64,000 nt of DNA from Synergistales bacterium. GTDB taxonomy: Bacteria > Synergistota > Synergistia > Synergistales > JAFGMB01. The notes beneath the pieces were generated by a model. That model saw only the letters and a program-made list of their open reading frames with translations. It searched no databases and was not told the DNA's origin. The translations under genes and the position numbers were made by a program. This document shows, in pieces, positions 26,106-37,191 of the stretch. The stretch lies in assembly GCA_963666205.1 (NCBI GenBank), contig OY762654.1, forward strand, positions 2,656,001 to 2,720,000. Direction: 5' to 3'. How positions within the stretch are numbered: position 1 is the first letter of the stretch; every line of letters begins with the position of its first letter.

Positions 26106-27905
26106 TTAGACCAGTCCGAGCTCCTCCAGTTTTTCTGGTGTTGGAACTCCTTCTGTATCCCAGCCTCTTTCTTTATAGTACTCAGGGAGCATTTCATGGA
26201 CTTTGCTTAATGCGCCCTTCATAGGACCTGCAGGAATCGGCTCTTCGAACATTCTTGGCGGGAGGTTATCATCTTCTGCGGATAGACCAGCTTGAAGATT
26301 GAACAATCTTTCAAGGTTCCATATTCTGTCTCCTGCTTTCATGAACTCTTCTTCTGAATAATCCACTCCTGTTGCAGCGGCAAGCTGGGCAGCTATGTCT
26401 GCCCCTCCAAGTCCAAATGTTGTGAAAAGACACGTTCCCGAGGAATCAAGGGCTGCTGTAAGATCCTGGAATATCTTAAGGAACTTTGGCTTTTCTTCTG
26501 TAGAAGACGGGTCAAGTTTCACTGGTACACCCAGTACTTCCGGTGAAGTTAGATATCCTCTTACATGACACCCACCTCTATTGGATGTTGCATATTCCAG
26601 GCCCATCCCCTGCAGAGCTCTTGGATCATATGCGGGCATTTCCTGCTTTTTTACGCTCATGGAGAGATCCGGTCTTCCGTATCCGGATGCAAGTCTATAG
26701 GATCCTTCAGCAAGGGAATTGCCGAAGCCTTTTCGATAAGCAGTCTGTTCAGTCAGCTTGACCATCGCATCTGCGTTGCCGAAAGAAAGGTTATATCCGG
26801 CTTCTTCCTGGGACACGAGACCCTCTTCATAAAGTTCCATTGCACAGCCTATGGTGCTACCCATGGTTATTGTATCCATTCCGAGTTCATTGCATATATA
26901 GTTGGCCTTTGTAATTGCATCAAGGTCATCAACGCCACATTGAGATCCAAAAGACCATGTTGTCTCATATTCAGGTCCTTCTCCCTCTCCTGCATATTTG
27001 CCGGAACTTTTTGAAACCCTTCCACACCCTATCATGCATCCCATGCAGGCTTTGTTACCTACCAGGTTCTGGGAGTTGAAGGTCTCGGCGCTTATCTTGT
27101 CAGCACCTTCGTATATGGCTTCCCTGAAATTTCTGGTAGGAAGGGCTCCTGCTGAGTTGATAACACCTACCAGCACATTGGTCCCAAAGGTTGGAAGTCC
27201 CTGCGATGCCACGGGATGTTCTTTGAGTTTTTTCCTTGCAGATTTAACTGCGGAAATAAACTCCTCCTTATCTGCGACCTTGATCCCCTTTGTTCCTCTG
27301 ACAACAATTGCTTTGAGTTTTTTTGAACCCATTACCGCTCCCACGCCAGACCTTCCTGCCGCCCTGTCTTTATCATTAATTATGCATGCGAATTTGACCA
27401 GATTCTCTCCTGCAGGACCGATGCAGGCCACTTTGGCTTCTGAGTCTGTCTCAGAAATCAGGGTATCGGTTGTATCATGAGTATTCTTCCCCCATAAATG
27501 GGAAGCATCCCGCAATTCGACCTCATCATTGTATATGTAAAGGTACACTGGTTTGGGAGAAGATCCTTCAAAAATTATCATGTCAAAACCTGCATACTTC
27601 AATTCAGGTCCCCAGAAACCTCCTGAATTTGAGGCAGCGATGGCGCCGGTCAGTGGACCCTTGGTCACTACATCATAGCGGCCTGCCGATGTTGCCAGCG
27701 TTCCTGTCAGGGGTCCTGTAGCGAAAAGAAGTTTGTTCTCTTTGCTCAGAGGATCGACCGCAGGGTCTACTTCCTTGAAGAAATATCTTGTGGCCAGGCC
27801 TCTTGCACCAATAAATTCCTTCGCATCCTTCGTATTTAGAGATTCGGTAACAATGGTCCCCTCAGTAAGATCAACCCTGAGAACCTTACCTTTCCACCCG
27901 AACAT
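26106..27905 (-). CDS. aor: Tungsten-type aldehyde:ferredoxin oxidoreductase, large subunit (AOR/WorL-like)
   Basis: [46 protein letters not shown], CxxCxxxC, GPEYET, MDTI, YDPR, RGGCH. Confidence 0.95.
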   Translation of the reverse strand: MFGWKGKVLRVDLTEGTIVTESLNTKDAKEFIGARGLATRYFFKEVDPAVDPLSKENKLLFATGPLTGTLATSAGRYDVVTKGPLTGAIAASNSGGFWGPELKYAGFDMIIFEGSSPKPVYLYIYNDEVELRDASHLWGKNTHDTTDTLISETDSEAKVACIGPAGENLVKFACIINDKDRAAGRSGVGAVMGSKKLKAIVVRGTKGIKVADKEEFISAVKSARKKLKEHPVASQGLPTFGTNVLVGVINSAGALPTRNFREAIYEGADKISAETFNSQNLVGNKACMGCMIGCGRVSKSSGKYAGEGEGPEYETTWSFGSQCGVDDLDAITKANYICNELGMDTITMGSTIGCAMELYEEGLVSQEEAGYNLSFGNADAMVKLTEQTAYRKGFGNSLAEGSYRLASGYGRPDLSMSVKKQEMPAYDPRALQGMGLEYATSNRGGCHVRGYLTSPEVLGVPVKLDPSSTEEKPKFLKIFQDLTAALDSSGTCLFTTFGLGGADIAAQLAAATGVDYSEEEFMKAGDRIWNLERLFNLQAGLSAEDDNLPPRMFEEPIPAGPMKGALSKVHEMLPEYYKERGWDTEGVPTPEKLEELGLV

Positions 27906-28384
27906 TATTTCTCCACCTCCTCTACGATAGTAGCGAATCTTGCAGCATAGGCTTTCTTTTTGTCGAGACTATCCTTTTCAGCCGGGACATAAGAGAGGGC
28001 CCCTGTGGGACAGAATTCAACACACTGAGGGTCACCTGCGCACTGATCGCATTTAATGGACGTTTTTTTCTCACTGCTGTATGAAATATTTCCGAAGGGA
28101 CATGCCATTACGCACATACGGCAACCTATACATTTTTCTGAATCAATGTTCACAACTCCACTGTCATCATCCCTTACAAGGGCTCCTGTTTTACATACCG
28201 ATGCACAAGGAGCGTCTTCGCACTGCAGGCATGTCATGGGAACGTTTATTCCCATTTTAAATCTGAAAACCTGGATCCTGGACATTGAAGGCCTGAACTC
28301 CCCCTCATTGGCGAAAGAGCAGGCAGTTTCACAACTACCGCAGCCAATACACTTTTCGGGTGATATAAGCAGAACCTTTTCCAT
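27905..28384 (-). CDS. Multi-[4Fe-4S] small subunit (WorS/DmsB-like)
   Basis: Four Cys motifs: [20 protein letters not shown]...[18 protein letters not shown]...CVEFCP. Confidence 0.92.
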   Translation of the reverse strand: MEKVLLISPEKCIGCGSCETACSFANEGEFRPSMSRIQVFRFKMGINVPMTCLQCEDAPCASVCKTGALVRDDDSGVVNIDSEKCIGCRMCVMACPFGNISYSSEKKTSIKCDQCAGDPQCVEFCPTGALSYVPAEKDSLDKKKAYAARFATIVEEVEK

Positions 28385-28481
28385 ATGGGCATTCCTCCCT
28401 TTATTTATGATATACAGCCTTTATTCTGAAAATCCCTTTTTCAAAGGACTTCCCCCCTGTTTATGTGCCTTACATAGAACT

Positions 28482-29231
28482 TCAGCCTGTGGTAATTCCA
28501 TGACCTATTATTCTGGCTTCTTCCAGTTGTTTGCATCTCATGCAGAGCAGTTCCGGTTCGTCATTTCCGCTTGCTGCAGCTAACTGTTCAAAAGTGGCAA
28601 AATATTTCCCACAGATTCTGCATTTTGCCAGAGCAAAGATTTTTCCCCAGATGAACCTGACTCCATTTTTATCTTCCATTTCTATGAAATTTACAGGACA
28701 GATTTCTGCACATGCACCACAGCCTGTGCAGGTAAGCGAAGGCTCGCCAAATGGCGTTGCAACCTCTCTTTCATGGCCTCTGTTAATGAAGCTCAGGGCA
28801 GCGCTTCCCGAGGCTTCACAGGCACTGATGCATAATCCGCAAAGAATACATTTATTTTCCCTGGTTTTAGAATTCTGAGAGGGATGATCTTCAATTCCAT
28901 ATTCTCTGGCAATGGACTTCAATGCAGGATCATCGGGGTTTCTGAGAAGAAGCATTTTGACAATGAAGCTTCTGAGTTTTTTTATTCTTTCATTGAAAGT
29001 TATCACTTCAAGACCGGGATTTTCTATGGGGAACATACAGGACATTACGATCCTGTGTTTGCCCATTTCATTTATTTCAACAGAACATAACCTGCAGTTT
29101 CCCGAAGGAGAGAGACCAGGATGGTAACACATCGTTGGTATCCTGATACCCATACTCTTTGCTGCTTCAAGGATTGTTGTCCCCTTTTTAACACTACATT
29201 TCTGACCGTCGATAACGATCTCAATCATCAT
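28482..29231 (-). CDS. NuoG/HydA N-terminal-like FeS subunit (BfuA/WorA-like)
   Basis: 2Fe-2S motif IPTMCYH..GNCRLC..SC, two [4Fe-4S] motifs CILCGLC and CTGCGAC, C-terminal CRIC..CMRC; no H-cluster or Mo domain. Confidence 0.88.
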   Translation of the reverse strand: MMIEIVIDGQKCSVKKGTTILEAAKSMGIRIPTMCYHPGLSPSGNCRLCSVEINEMGKHRIVMSCMFPIENPGLEVITFNERIKKLRSFIVKMLLLRNPDDPALKSIAREYGIEDHPSQNSKTRENKCILCGLCISACEASGSAALSFINRGHEREVATPFGEPSLTCTGCGACAEICPVNFIEMEDKNGVRFIWGKIFALAKCRICGKYFATFEQLAAASGNDEPELLCMRCKQLEEARIIGHGITTG

Positions 29232-31095
29232 CCTCTCGTCTCCTTCCGATAACGATTGCATCGAATCTGCAGGTCTTAAGACATGTCCCACACTGGATAC
29301 ATTTATTAATAGAGATCTCATGGGGTTGGCCAGGATCTCCTTTTATCGCGGCTTGTGGGCATTCCCTGAAGCAGGCATGACATCCAACACACCTGGAAGG
29401 GTCGATGGTGAGTGAGAACATATTTGTACAAACACCTGCCCGGCAGAAACTATCTTCTTCATGTTCCATGTATTCTTCCGGAAAATATCTGAGTGTGGAG
29501 ATAACTGGATTGGCAGCAGTCTTTCCAAGGCCGCAAAGAGCTGTATGGGGAAGGCATTCTGCAATTTCCCTCAGTTTCTTAACATCCCCCTTTTCTGCCC
29601 GTGAGGTTGTGAGACGATGGAGAATATTTTGCATTTCCCTAAGTCCCTCTCGGCAGGGAGTGCATTTACCACATGATTCTTCCGCGAGAAAGTCAATAAA
29701 GTAACGGGCCACATCTACCATACAAGTCCTGTCATCCATTACTATCAGTCCACCGGAACCCATCATGGAACCAACTTCTGTCAGGCTATCGAAGTCCACC
29801 TTAAGGTCAAGCATTGTCCCGGGGATACATCCTCCTGATGGCCCCCCTGTCTGGACCGCTTTCAATGGTCTATTACTCAGAGTTCCCCCGCCAATTCCGT
29901 AAATGATTTCCCGTAATGGGATTCCCATGGGAACTTCAACAAGGCCGCTATTCTTGATTTTTCCAACAAGGGAAAAGATTTTTGTCCCGGGACTCTGTTC
30001 AGTACCTGACATTCGGAAGGGAGTGGCACCCTGGAGGATAATATGGGGTATATTGGCCCATGTTTCAACATTATTCAGCACTGTCGGTTTTCCCCAAAGT
30101 CCCTTTCGGGTCGATCGGATATATTTGACCCTTGGCTCACCGATCTTTCCTTCAATAGAAGCCATCAAGGCAGTAGATTCACCGCATACGAAAGCTCCGC
30201 CACCCCTGTATGTTTCAATTTCAAAAGAGAAGTTTCCTCCAAGGATGTTCTTACCCAGAAACCCTCTCTGCAGAGCCTCTTTGATGGCATGATCCAGATG
30301 TTTAACTGCCAGTGGATATTCAGCCCTTACGTAGATAAAGCCCTTGCTGGCTCCAATGGCATACCCGCCAATGATCATTCCCTCAATTATGCTGTGAGGA
30401 TCTCCTTCCATAAGGCTTCTGTCCATAAAAGCACCTGGGTCTCCTTCATCCCCGTTCGCTATAACATACCTTTCAGTATCTTCGGCTTCAGAACAGGATC
30501 TCCATTTTTTCCCGGTAGGGAATCCACCTCCGCCTCTTCCTCTCAAGCCTGATCTTACAACTTCTTCGATGACTTCATTTTTTTCCATGAACAAAGCTTT
30601 AGCCAGTGCAGAATATCCGCCAAGGGATATATAGCTGTCAATTGACTCAGGATCCACTTTCCCGGAAAAGCTGAGGACTTTCCTGGTCTGTTTTGAATAA
30701 AATGGAATTTCCCCTGATGTCAGAGATATCTCTTCTGTATTCGGGTCGGTGTAAAGGAGCTGCCGGACCAGTTTTCTTTCTCTGATCGTTTTTTGAAAGA
30801 TTTCTTCGACATCCTTCTTGTGAACTTTCTGATAAAAGATATTATAGGGATGGATGGTCACAATAGGACCATGTTCGCAAAATCCATGACATCCTGTTGA
30901 GCCAGCCACAACTGTAACTTTCAGAGAATCTTCAGTTTTCTGGATCAGTCTCTGAAATTCCCTGAGGATCAGTTCACTTCCGTTTGCAAGGCAGCCAGTT
31001 CCGCAACAGACCTTTATAGTGACTTTTTCTACCATCGGAAGTTGTACTAAATCGTTTCTGTCCGGATTCAAAGGGTCTTGTTCATTCAGAGTCAT
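29221..31095 (-). CDS. NuoF/HydB-like FMN- and NADH-binding subunit (BfuB/WorB-like)
   Basis: N-terminal 2Fe-2[56 protein letters not shown]-terminal 2x[4Fe-4S]. Confidence 0.93.
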   Translation of the reverse strand: MTLNEQDPLNPDRNDLVQLPMVEKVTIKVCCGTGCLANGSELILREFQRLIQKTEDSLKVTVVAGSTGCHGFCEHGPIVTIHPYNIFYQKVHKKDVEEIFQKTIRERKLVRQLLYTDPNTEEISLTSGEIPFYSKQTRKVLSFSGKVDPESIDSYISLGGYSALAKALFMEKNEVIEEVVRSGLRGRGGGGFPTGKKWRSCSEAEDTERYVIANGDEGDPGAFMDRSLMEGDPHSIIEGMIIGGYAIGASKGFIYVRAEYPLAVKHLDHAIKEALQRGFLGKNILGGNFSFEIETYRGGGAFVCGESTALMASIEGKIGEPRVKYIRSTRKGLWGKPTVLNNVETWANIPHIILQGATPFRMSGTEQSPGTKIFSLVGKIKNSGLVEVPMGIPLREIIYGIGGGTLSNRPLKAVQTGGPSGGCIPGTMLDLKVDFDSLTEVGSMMGSGGLIVMDDRTCMVDVARYFIDFLAEESCGKCTPCREGLREMQNILHRLTTSRAEKGDVKKLREIAECLPHTALCGLGKTAANPVISTLRYFPEEYMEHEEDSFCRAGVCTNMFSLTIDPSRCVGCHACFRECPQAAIKGDPGQPHEISINKCIQCGTCLKTCRFDAIVIGRRREDDD

Positions 31096-31594
31096 TGCTG
31101 CATGAGTCCTTTCGGAGGACCTCACAAACTTTATGAGGCGTCATTTTTCCATAAATCCTGTCATCTATCATCATTACAGGTGCAAGAGCACATGCTCCAA
31201 GGCAGTTCACAGTTTCAAGGCTGAACATTCCGTCCTCTGTCGTTTCTCCGGAGAGAATGCCCAACTCCTTTTCTATCTGTTTCAGGATCGAAGAACTGCC
31301 TCTCAAATGACATGCTGTTCCTGCGCAGACCCTGATGGTTTTCTCTCCTTTCGGAGTAAGGCTTAATGCCTTGTAAAATGTGGCTACACTGAAAACTCTT
31401 GTTTCGGGTACGCAAAGATATTCGGCAACTCTTTTCATTGCTGAGATGGGAAGGTAGCGAAATTTTGCCTGGATGTCGAGGAGAGCGGGAAGAAGGAACC
31501 GGGGTTCCTTTGAATAACTGGAGAGGATATCCTCAATTTCGGATATTTCTGTGGAAACATTTTCTTTTAAACATACAATAAGGTTATCTGCCAT
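31082..31594 (-). CDS. NuoE/HydC-like 2Fe-2S subunit (BfuC/WorC-like)
   Basis: [25 protein letters not shown] 31594 follows AAGGGGG. Confidence 0.92.
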   Translation of the reverse strand: MADNLIVCLKENVSTEISEIEDILSSYSKEPRFLLPALLDIQAKFRYLPISAMKRVAEYLCVPETRVFSVATFYKALSLTPKGEKTIRVCAGTACHLRGSSSILKQIEKELGILSGETTEDGMFSLETVNCLGACALAPVMMIDDRIYGKMTPHKVCEVLRKDSCSNDSE

Positions 31595-31927
31595 GGAAGC
31601 TTCCCCCTTTAGCCGGCTTTTTGGCAAATATGAAAAGTGTTTTAAGATACCCCACTCAATTATACTGCTATTTTAGATAGAACTGGTAACAATTAAAGGG
31701 ATAAACGAATTCGCAATATTATAATAAATTAACTACATTTAATCTTTTTTCGTTCCGGATGGCCTTGGAATAAAGATAAATAGACGGTTTTCCTTGACTC
31801 GGGAAATACTAGATTCTGTGATGATATCCAGTAAATGGATATAATAGAGTTATCATGCAGGGGATATGTCTATTATGATTTCCTGTTCCCTTTATAAATC
31901 CAGAGTTATCTGTCAGGGGGGATAAAG

Positions 31928-32950
31928 ATGGAAATAAGGAAAGTTTCTGCAGCTGAGTCGGTGGGGCTTCCTCTATCCCATGATCTTACACAGATCGATC
32001 CTGTAAAACATTATAAGGGACCCCGCTTCAGGAAGGGATATATTATCCGGAAAGAGGACCTGGTGATTCTTAAGAGAATGGGCAGGGAGTATCTGAACAT
32101 GATCATCCTGCAGGAAGGTGAAGTTCATGAGGAGAATGCGGCCTTAAGACTCGGCAGTTCCATGTTAGGGCCGGGGGTTTTCCTTGAAGGTCCATCAGAA
32201 GGTAAATGCATAATAAAAGCTGCCCATAAGGGGATCTTGACATTTAACCCGGAAAAGGTCCTCATGATCAATAGGGTAGGAGAATGGATAATATCCACTT
32301 TGAATCCTTATGAAAGAGTTGAAAAAGATCAGCCCTTGGCAGGGTTTCGAGTCTTACCTCTGGCGGTACATGAAGATACAGTGTTAAGGGCGATCGATGT
32401 GGCCTGTTCTTTCGAGGTGATACCTTTCAAGGATTTTCATGTTGGCCTTGTTACAGTTGGTAACGAGCTCGCTGAATCAATCATCAATGACGCTTTCAGA
32501 CCAATGCTTGAAAAAAAACTCTATTCTCTGGGAGGTAGCCTCAAAAACCAGTTGATAGTTCACGACAGAGAGATTGAGATCGTTAAAGCGATCGAGGATT
32601 TCTACCGCTCAGGATGCGATATCATCCTATGTTCTGGTGGGATGAGCGTAGATGCCGATGATAGAACTCCTTTTGCAATAAGATCCTGTTGTGACGAAGT
32701 TCTTTTTCAGGGAATACCTGTTCTACCAGGTTCAATGCTTATGTTGGCTCGAAAAGGAAACTGCTTTCTTATTGGAGTCCCGGCCTGTGTTGTCCATAAT
32801 GAGCGAACCAGTCTTGATCCGGTTCTGGAAAGGTTATTCGCAGGATTGGTCCCTGATAGTTCTACTGTGGCGTCCTGGGGAGTTGGTGGACTTTGCAGGA
32901 ACTGCGAGATTTGCAACTACCCCCACTGTTCTTTTTCTGTAAGGCCATAA
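31928..32950 (+). CDS. MoeA-like molybdopterin-binding protein with a C-terminal Cys cluster
   Basis: HDLTQI, GGMSVDADDRTP, PVLPGSM, GVPAC, C-terminal GGLCRNCEICNYPHC. Confidence 0.85.
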   Translation: MEIRKVSAAESVGLPLSHDLTQIDPVKHYKGPRFRKGYIIRKEDLVILKRMGREYLNMIILQEGEVHEENAALRLGSSMLGPGVFLEGPSEGKCIIKAAHKGILTFNPEKVLMINRVGEWIISTLNPYERVEKDQPLAGFRVLPLAVHEDTVLRAIDVACSFEVIPFKDFHVGLVTVGNELAESIINDAFRPMLEKKLYSLGGSLKNQLIVHDREIEIVKAIEDFYRSGCDIILCSGGMSVDADDRTPFAIRSCCDEVLFQGIPVLPGSMLMLARKGNCFLIGVPACVVHNERTSLDPVLERLFAGLVPDSSTVASWGVGGLCRNCEICNYPHCSFSVRP

Positions 32951-33041
32951 TTAAAGGGGCTCTATTCCAGAGCACTAATCTAACGAAACGGGTAATTGTT
33001 TATTATCTTCAATATGGAAATAATGTTTCTCTAAGGAGGAA

Positions 33042-34175
33042 ATGATCATTCCGCTAGTTGATGTTTCTGCCATTATCCTGGCAGCCGGATTTTCTTCCAG
33101 AATGAGTAAATTTAAACCCTTGATACAAATTGGAGGGGAAACCTGTATTTCAAGAGCCGTGTCAGGTCTGAGAGAGGCAGGTGTTTCAGACATTATTGTA
33201 GTTGCGGGCTTCATGGCAGGCAAGGTAATTGCCGAAGCTCTATCTCTTGGATGCAGGCCAGTTGAAAATAAAAATTTCCAAAAAGGGATGTTCTCTTCTG
33301 TCCGGGAAGGGGTAAGATATATTCCTTCTAGAAGCAAGGCATTTTTTGTCCTTCCGGTAGATATTCCAATGATCAGACCGGAAACTTTCAGAAAACTGAT
33401 CTTTTCCATGGATGATAAATACGATATAGCTCATCCAGTATTTCTGGGCGAAAGAGGGCATCCTCCTTTGCTTGCAGCCAGACTGGGAAAAGTTATTGTT
33501 TCCATGCCTTATGATAATGCTCTGAATCGCATACTCGAACAAAATGAAACAAGGTCCATTTTTGTTAAGGTTACAGATGAGTTTACTACCATGGATATGG
33601 ATACGCCTGAAGATCTTGAAAGAATGAAAGAAAGGGTAAGAAAGGATCATATACCGTCCGCAAAAGAGTTAGTAGCCCTTCTTGAAATGTTTTCATGCCC
33701 CGAGAATGTGATCAACCACGGAAAGAGAGTAACTGATGTAGCTGAATTGATAGCTGGCGAAATTAATGAGAAACAACATAACAAGATCGATATCCCTCTC
33801 TTGAAAGCTGCAGCCCTGCTTCATGATATTGCAAAGGGAAAGGGAAATCACCCATTGGCAGGAGCTGCCCTTTTACGGGAAAATGGATTTAGTCGAGTTG
33901 CTGATATTGTTGAGACACATCAGGACCTTGGAAAGAAGGATTTTTATCCTGTTGATGAACACTCCGTACTTTATCTTGCTGATAAATTTGTTGCAGGAAC
34001 CGAAATTGTAAGTCTGGAAGAAAGGTTTAATCGGACTTTATCAAAGTTTTCATCAGATATCCAGGCAAAAAATACAGTTATCAGAAGATATTGTGTTGCC
34101 CTTAAAGTGAGGGATGAAGCCGAGCAGCTAATAGGCAGATCTCTGGACAGAGCATTTTTCAGTCAGGTGATCTGA
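33042..34175 (+). CDS. MocA-like nucleotidyltransferase fused to an HD domain
   Basis: ILAAGFSSRM..KPL, LPVDIP, GHPPL, DMDTPED; followed by NH...LLHDIAK...YLADK. Confidence 0.85.
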   Translation: MIIPLVDVSAIILAAGFSSRMSKFKPLIQIGGETCISRAVSGLREAGVSDIIVVAGFMAGKVIAEALSLGCRPVENKNFQKGMFSSVREGVRYIPSRSKAFFVLPVDIPMIRPETFRKLIFSMDDKYDIAHPVFLGERGHPPLLAARLGKVIVSMPYDNALNRILEQNETRSIFVKVTDEFTTMDMDTPEDLERMKERVRKDHIPSAKELVALLEMFSCPENVINHGKRVTDVAELIAGEINEKQHNKIDIPLLKAAALLHDIAKGKGNHPLAGAALLRENGFSRVADIVETHQDLGKKDFYPVDEHSVLYLADKFVAGTEIVSLEERFNRTLSKFSSDIQAKNTVIRRYCVALKVRDEAEQLIGRSLDRAFFSQVI

Positions 34176-34194
34176 TCAAAAAGGAGGGACAGGA

Positions 34195-35004
34195 ATGACA
34201 CCTGAAATACTAAATGCCATTGAGCAGGCTCTCTCGTCAGGAAAGAGAGGAGTCCTATGTACGGTAATAGAGAAAGATGGATCTACTCCTTGTAATACAG
34301 GTTCCAAAATGTGGGTAAACCCGGATGGAAGTATTATAGGAACAGTAGGTGGAGGGACGACTGAACATATGGTGAAGAGGGAAGCCCTTAATATCCTGTC
34401 CGGTACGGAAGGTTCACGTCTTATCAAAGGTGCTTTCTCCAGTGAATCAGTGTCAGATGATGCATCTCTGTGTGGGGGTAATACGTCAATTTATCTTGAA
34501 GTCATCGGGAACAGAAATGAAATCGTGATCTTTGGTGCAGGCCATGTAGGGAAAGCTATAGCTTTAGCAGCTGACCTTTGCGGGTTTCCGGTTCTTGTGT
34601 GGGATGACAGGGAGGAATATGCAAATTCGGATAATATCCCGGTAGGCAAGAAGATATGCTGTCCTCTCAGGGAGTGTAAAGAGCATATTGAATTACATCA
34701 TGGATCTTATGTAATAGTATGTACCAGAGGACATTCTCTTGATGGAGCGGTTCTTGAAATGATTCAGAACATAAAAACAGCATATGTGGGGATGCTAGCT
34801 TCAACCCGCAAGACAGAACAGCTGAGGCAGAAATTGATCTCCCGAGGAGTTTCGATGGAATTTCTTGACAGTATACATACTCCCGTGGGTCTTCCCGTAA
34901 ATGCAGATTCTCCCCGGGAGATAGCTGTTTCAGTTATTGCTGAGATCATAGCCGTAAAGAACGGTGCAGATCTTGAAGTGCTGAGCCGGAGGACTGGAAA
35001 ATAA
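34195..35004 (+). CDS. XdhC/CoxI family molybdoenzyme maturation factor
   Basis: GSTP..GSKM, GTVGGG, CGG, FGAGHVG, TRGHSLD, PVGL..A.SP.EIAVS..AEII. Confidence 0.9.
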   Translation: MTPEILNAIEQALSSGKRGVLCTVIEKDGSTPCNTGSKMWVNPDGSIIGTVGGGTTEHMVKREALNILSGTEGSRLIKGAFSSESVSDDASLCGGNTSIYLEVIGNRNEIVIFGAGHVGKAIALAADLCGFPVLVWDDREEYANSDNIPVGKKICCPLRECKEHIELHHGSYVIVCTRGHSLDGAVLEMIQNIKTAYVGMLASTRKTEQLRQKLISRGVSMEFLDSIHTPVGLPVNADSPREIAVSVIAEIIAVKNGADLEVLSRRTGK

Positions 35005-35034
35005 CATGATCAATAGTTATAATTTACCAATTCG

Positions 35035-35066
35035 GTAGATCCTGTTCCAGAAACAGGATCTACTTT
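35035..35066 (+). terminator. Terminator after the XdhC-family gene
   Basis: GTAGATCCTGTT/AACAGGATCTAC followed by TTT. Confidence 0.7.
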
Positions 35067-35122
35067 CATGTTATGCCGGTATCTTTATAAAAAGTGATCC
35101 TTTCAGGAGAGGGGTTCGTAAA

Positions 35123-36448
35123 TTGTTTAAATTTTGCATGAAAGTATATGGATGTCAGATGAATGTTTATGATGCTGACAAGATCTCTACAGAACTGCTT
35201 GATCGGGGTTGGGTGGAATCTGCAGAAGAAGCAGCAGATTCTGTGATCTATGTAGGATGCAGTATAAGGGATAAAGCAGAGCATAAAGTCTGGAGTCAGC
35301 TTGGGAGATATTCTGATAGATGGGAAAAAGAACATAAACCCAGCGTTGCTGTGCTGGGGTGCATTGCCCAGAATGTCGGGAAGCAAATGGCAGAAAGATT
35401 TCCATGGGTTGAGCTGATAGCGGGACCAAGACATATCGGGATGATTCCCGATGCTCTTATGGAAGTGGTTGGGTCAAGGAAGAAGAAAGTTCTGCTGGAT
35501 GAAGATCAGAGATTGTTCATGGATCTGGAAACAGCCCCTTTAAAAAGGGATAATCCTTGGAAAGCATTTCTTACCATAGCTCACGGTTGTGATAATTTCT
35601 GTACCTATTGTATTGTTCCCTTCGTGCGAGGAAGATTCGTGTCACGTATCCCTGAGGAAATAATAGCCGAAGCCGAAACACTTGTTCAGGACGGGGTAAA
35701 GGAAATAACCCTCCTTGGACAGAATGTCAACAGTTATGGTACTGACTTCACAAATGGCTACAGGTTTTCCGACCTCCTCAGAGACGTGTCTTCTATTAGT
35801 GGACTCAGGCTTTTAAGATTTGTCACCTCCCATCCAAAGGATTTTACCGAGGATATTATTGAGGTTATGGAACAGAATCCAGTAATATGTCCCGGGATAA
35901 ACCTTCCCATACAGTCGGGAAGTGACAGGATCCTCCGGAAGATGAACAGGAAATATGATCTTGCTACATATACTGCTACCGTAGATATGATAAGGAAAAG
36001 ACTTCCTGATGTCGGATTGACCAGTGATCTCATAGTAGGGTTCCCGGGTGAAACTGAGGAAGATTTCAATGATTCCCTGAAAGCTCTGGAGAAATTCAGA
36101 TTTGATCTGGTTCACACAGCTGCTTATTCTCCAAGAGAAGGTACCTCTGCAGCTACCATGGAGGAGCAGCTATCTGAAGCTGAAAAAAAACGACGTCTCA
36201 ATCTTGTCAATGATCTGCAGTCAAAGATAGCTTTTGAAATTAACCAGCAGCTTGTGGGTAAAAAGTATATTCTCCTCGTGGATGGAAAAGCACCCAAGGG
36301 AGAATCTCTTTTTCAGGGAAGAACACCTTCCGATAAGGTCGTGCTTTTCGATTCTGATGATGGGAGCCTTGGGCGTTTTGCTGAAGTAGAAATAACAAGG
36401 GCTGAACATTGGTGTCTTCATGGCAGAATCTTGAATTTTCTTGATTAG
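35123..36448 (+). CDS. miaB: tRNA-2-methylthio-N6-dimethylallyladenosine synthase MiaB
   Basis: YGCQMNVYD, CSIRDKAE, radical-SAM CDNFCTYC, LLGQNVNSYG, TRAM domain. Confidence 0.95.
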   Translation: MFKFCMKVYGCQMNVYDADKISTELLDRGWVESAEEAADSVIYVGCSIRDKAEHKVWSQLGRYSDRWEKEHKPSVAVLGCIAQNVGKQMAERFPWVELIAGPRHIGMIPDALMEVVGSRKKKVLLDEDQRLFMDLETAPLKRDNPWKAFLTIAHGCDNFCTYCIVPFVRGRFVSRIPEEIIAEAETLVQDGVKEITLLGQNVNSYGTDFTNGYRFSDLLRDVSSISGLRLLRFVTSHPKDFTEDIIEVMEQNPVICPGINLPIQSGSDRILRKMNRKYDLATYTATVDMIRKRLPDVGLTSDLIVGFPGETEEDFNDSLKALEKFRFDLVHTAAYSPREGTSAATMEEQLSEAEKKRRLNLVNDLQSKIAFEINQQLVGKKYILLVDGKAPKGESLFQGRTPSDKVVLFDSDDGSLGRFAEVEITRAEHWCLHGRILNFLD

Positions 36449-36522
36449 AGACTGGATGATTCAGGATCATCCATGATTTTTTCAGTTCTTTATGACTTTC
36501 ATAATACTGGAGGGATTGTCTT

Positions 36523-37191
36523 TTGTTTACGAGAAAAAGAACTGCTATATTCTTTTTTCTTGGAGGAATGGGCTGTTTTATTCTTGCGGCATTAGTTGTA
36601 TGGCATTTTACCGGTAAATTTGTCAGTTCTGGGCCCACTACAGTTGCTGGTCCCATGCCGGAACAGATGGAAGTGGTATCTTCCAACAGCGAGGCCAGGG
36701 AAAATAATGGGAAAAGCCAGCCTTCAAAATGGGTGATTTACATAACAGGTTCTATAAAAGTACCTGGAGTTTATGAGATAGAATCAGGATCGAGAGTGTA
36801 TCAGGCTGTCGATAAAGCTGGAGGGCTGACTTCTGAAGCAGATCCGGTTGCAATAAATATGGCTTCTGCACTGGCTGATGGTATGCATGTTCATGTACCT
36901 TCCCTGAAAGAAAGATCGAATTCTCCGGACCCAGGTATGTCTTCTACTCCAATCGGAAAAATCAGCCACTCTTATAGCAGTAATGAGCAGGGAAAAACCG
37001 ATATCAACAGGGCAGATCTTTCCGAGTTGCAGAGCCTTCCTGGGATTGGTCCGAAAACTGCAGAAAATATCCTTTCTTATAGAAAAGAAAGGGGATGTTT
37101 CAGTTCAGTAGAGGAGTTACTCAAAGTCAAGGGTATCGGTCCTAAAAAGCTTGAGGCTATAAAGGATTGTGTTACTTGCCATCCAAGGTAA
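36523..37191 (+). CDS. comEA: Competence DNA-binding protein ComEA
   Basis: TM anchor, SLBB domain (GSIKVPGVY..GSRV), HhH motifs (LPGIGPKTA, VKGIGPK). Confidence 0.9.
   Translation: MFTRKRTAIFFFLGGMGCFILAALVVWHFTGKFVSSGPTTVAGPMPEQMEVVSSNSEARENNGKSQPSKWVIYITGSIKVPGVYEIESGSRVYQAVDKAGGLTSEADPVAINMASALADGMHVHVPSLKERSNSPDPGMSSTPIGKISHSYSSNEQGKTDINRADLSELQSLPGIGPKTAENILSYRKERGCFSSVEELLKVKGIGPKKLEAIKDCVTCHPR

Noticed and set aside
28482-31594. Respiratory complex I or [FeFe]-hydrogenase
   Set aside because: No membrane nuo genes and no H-cluster motifs.
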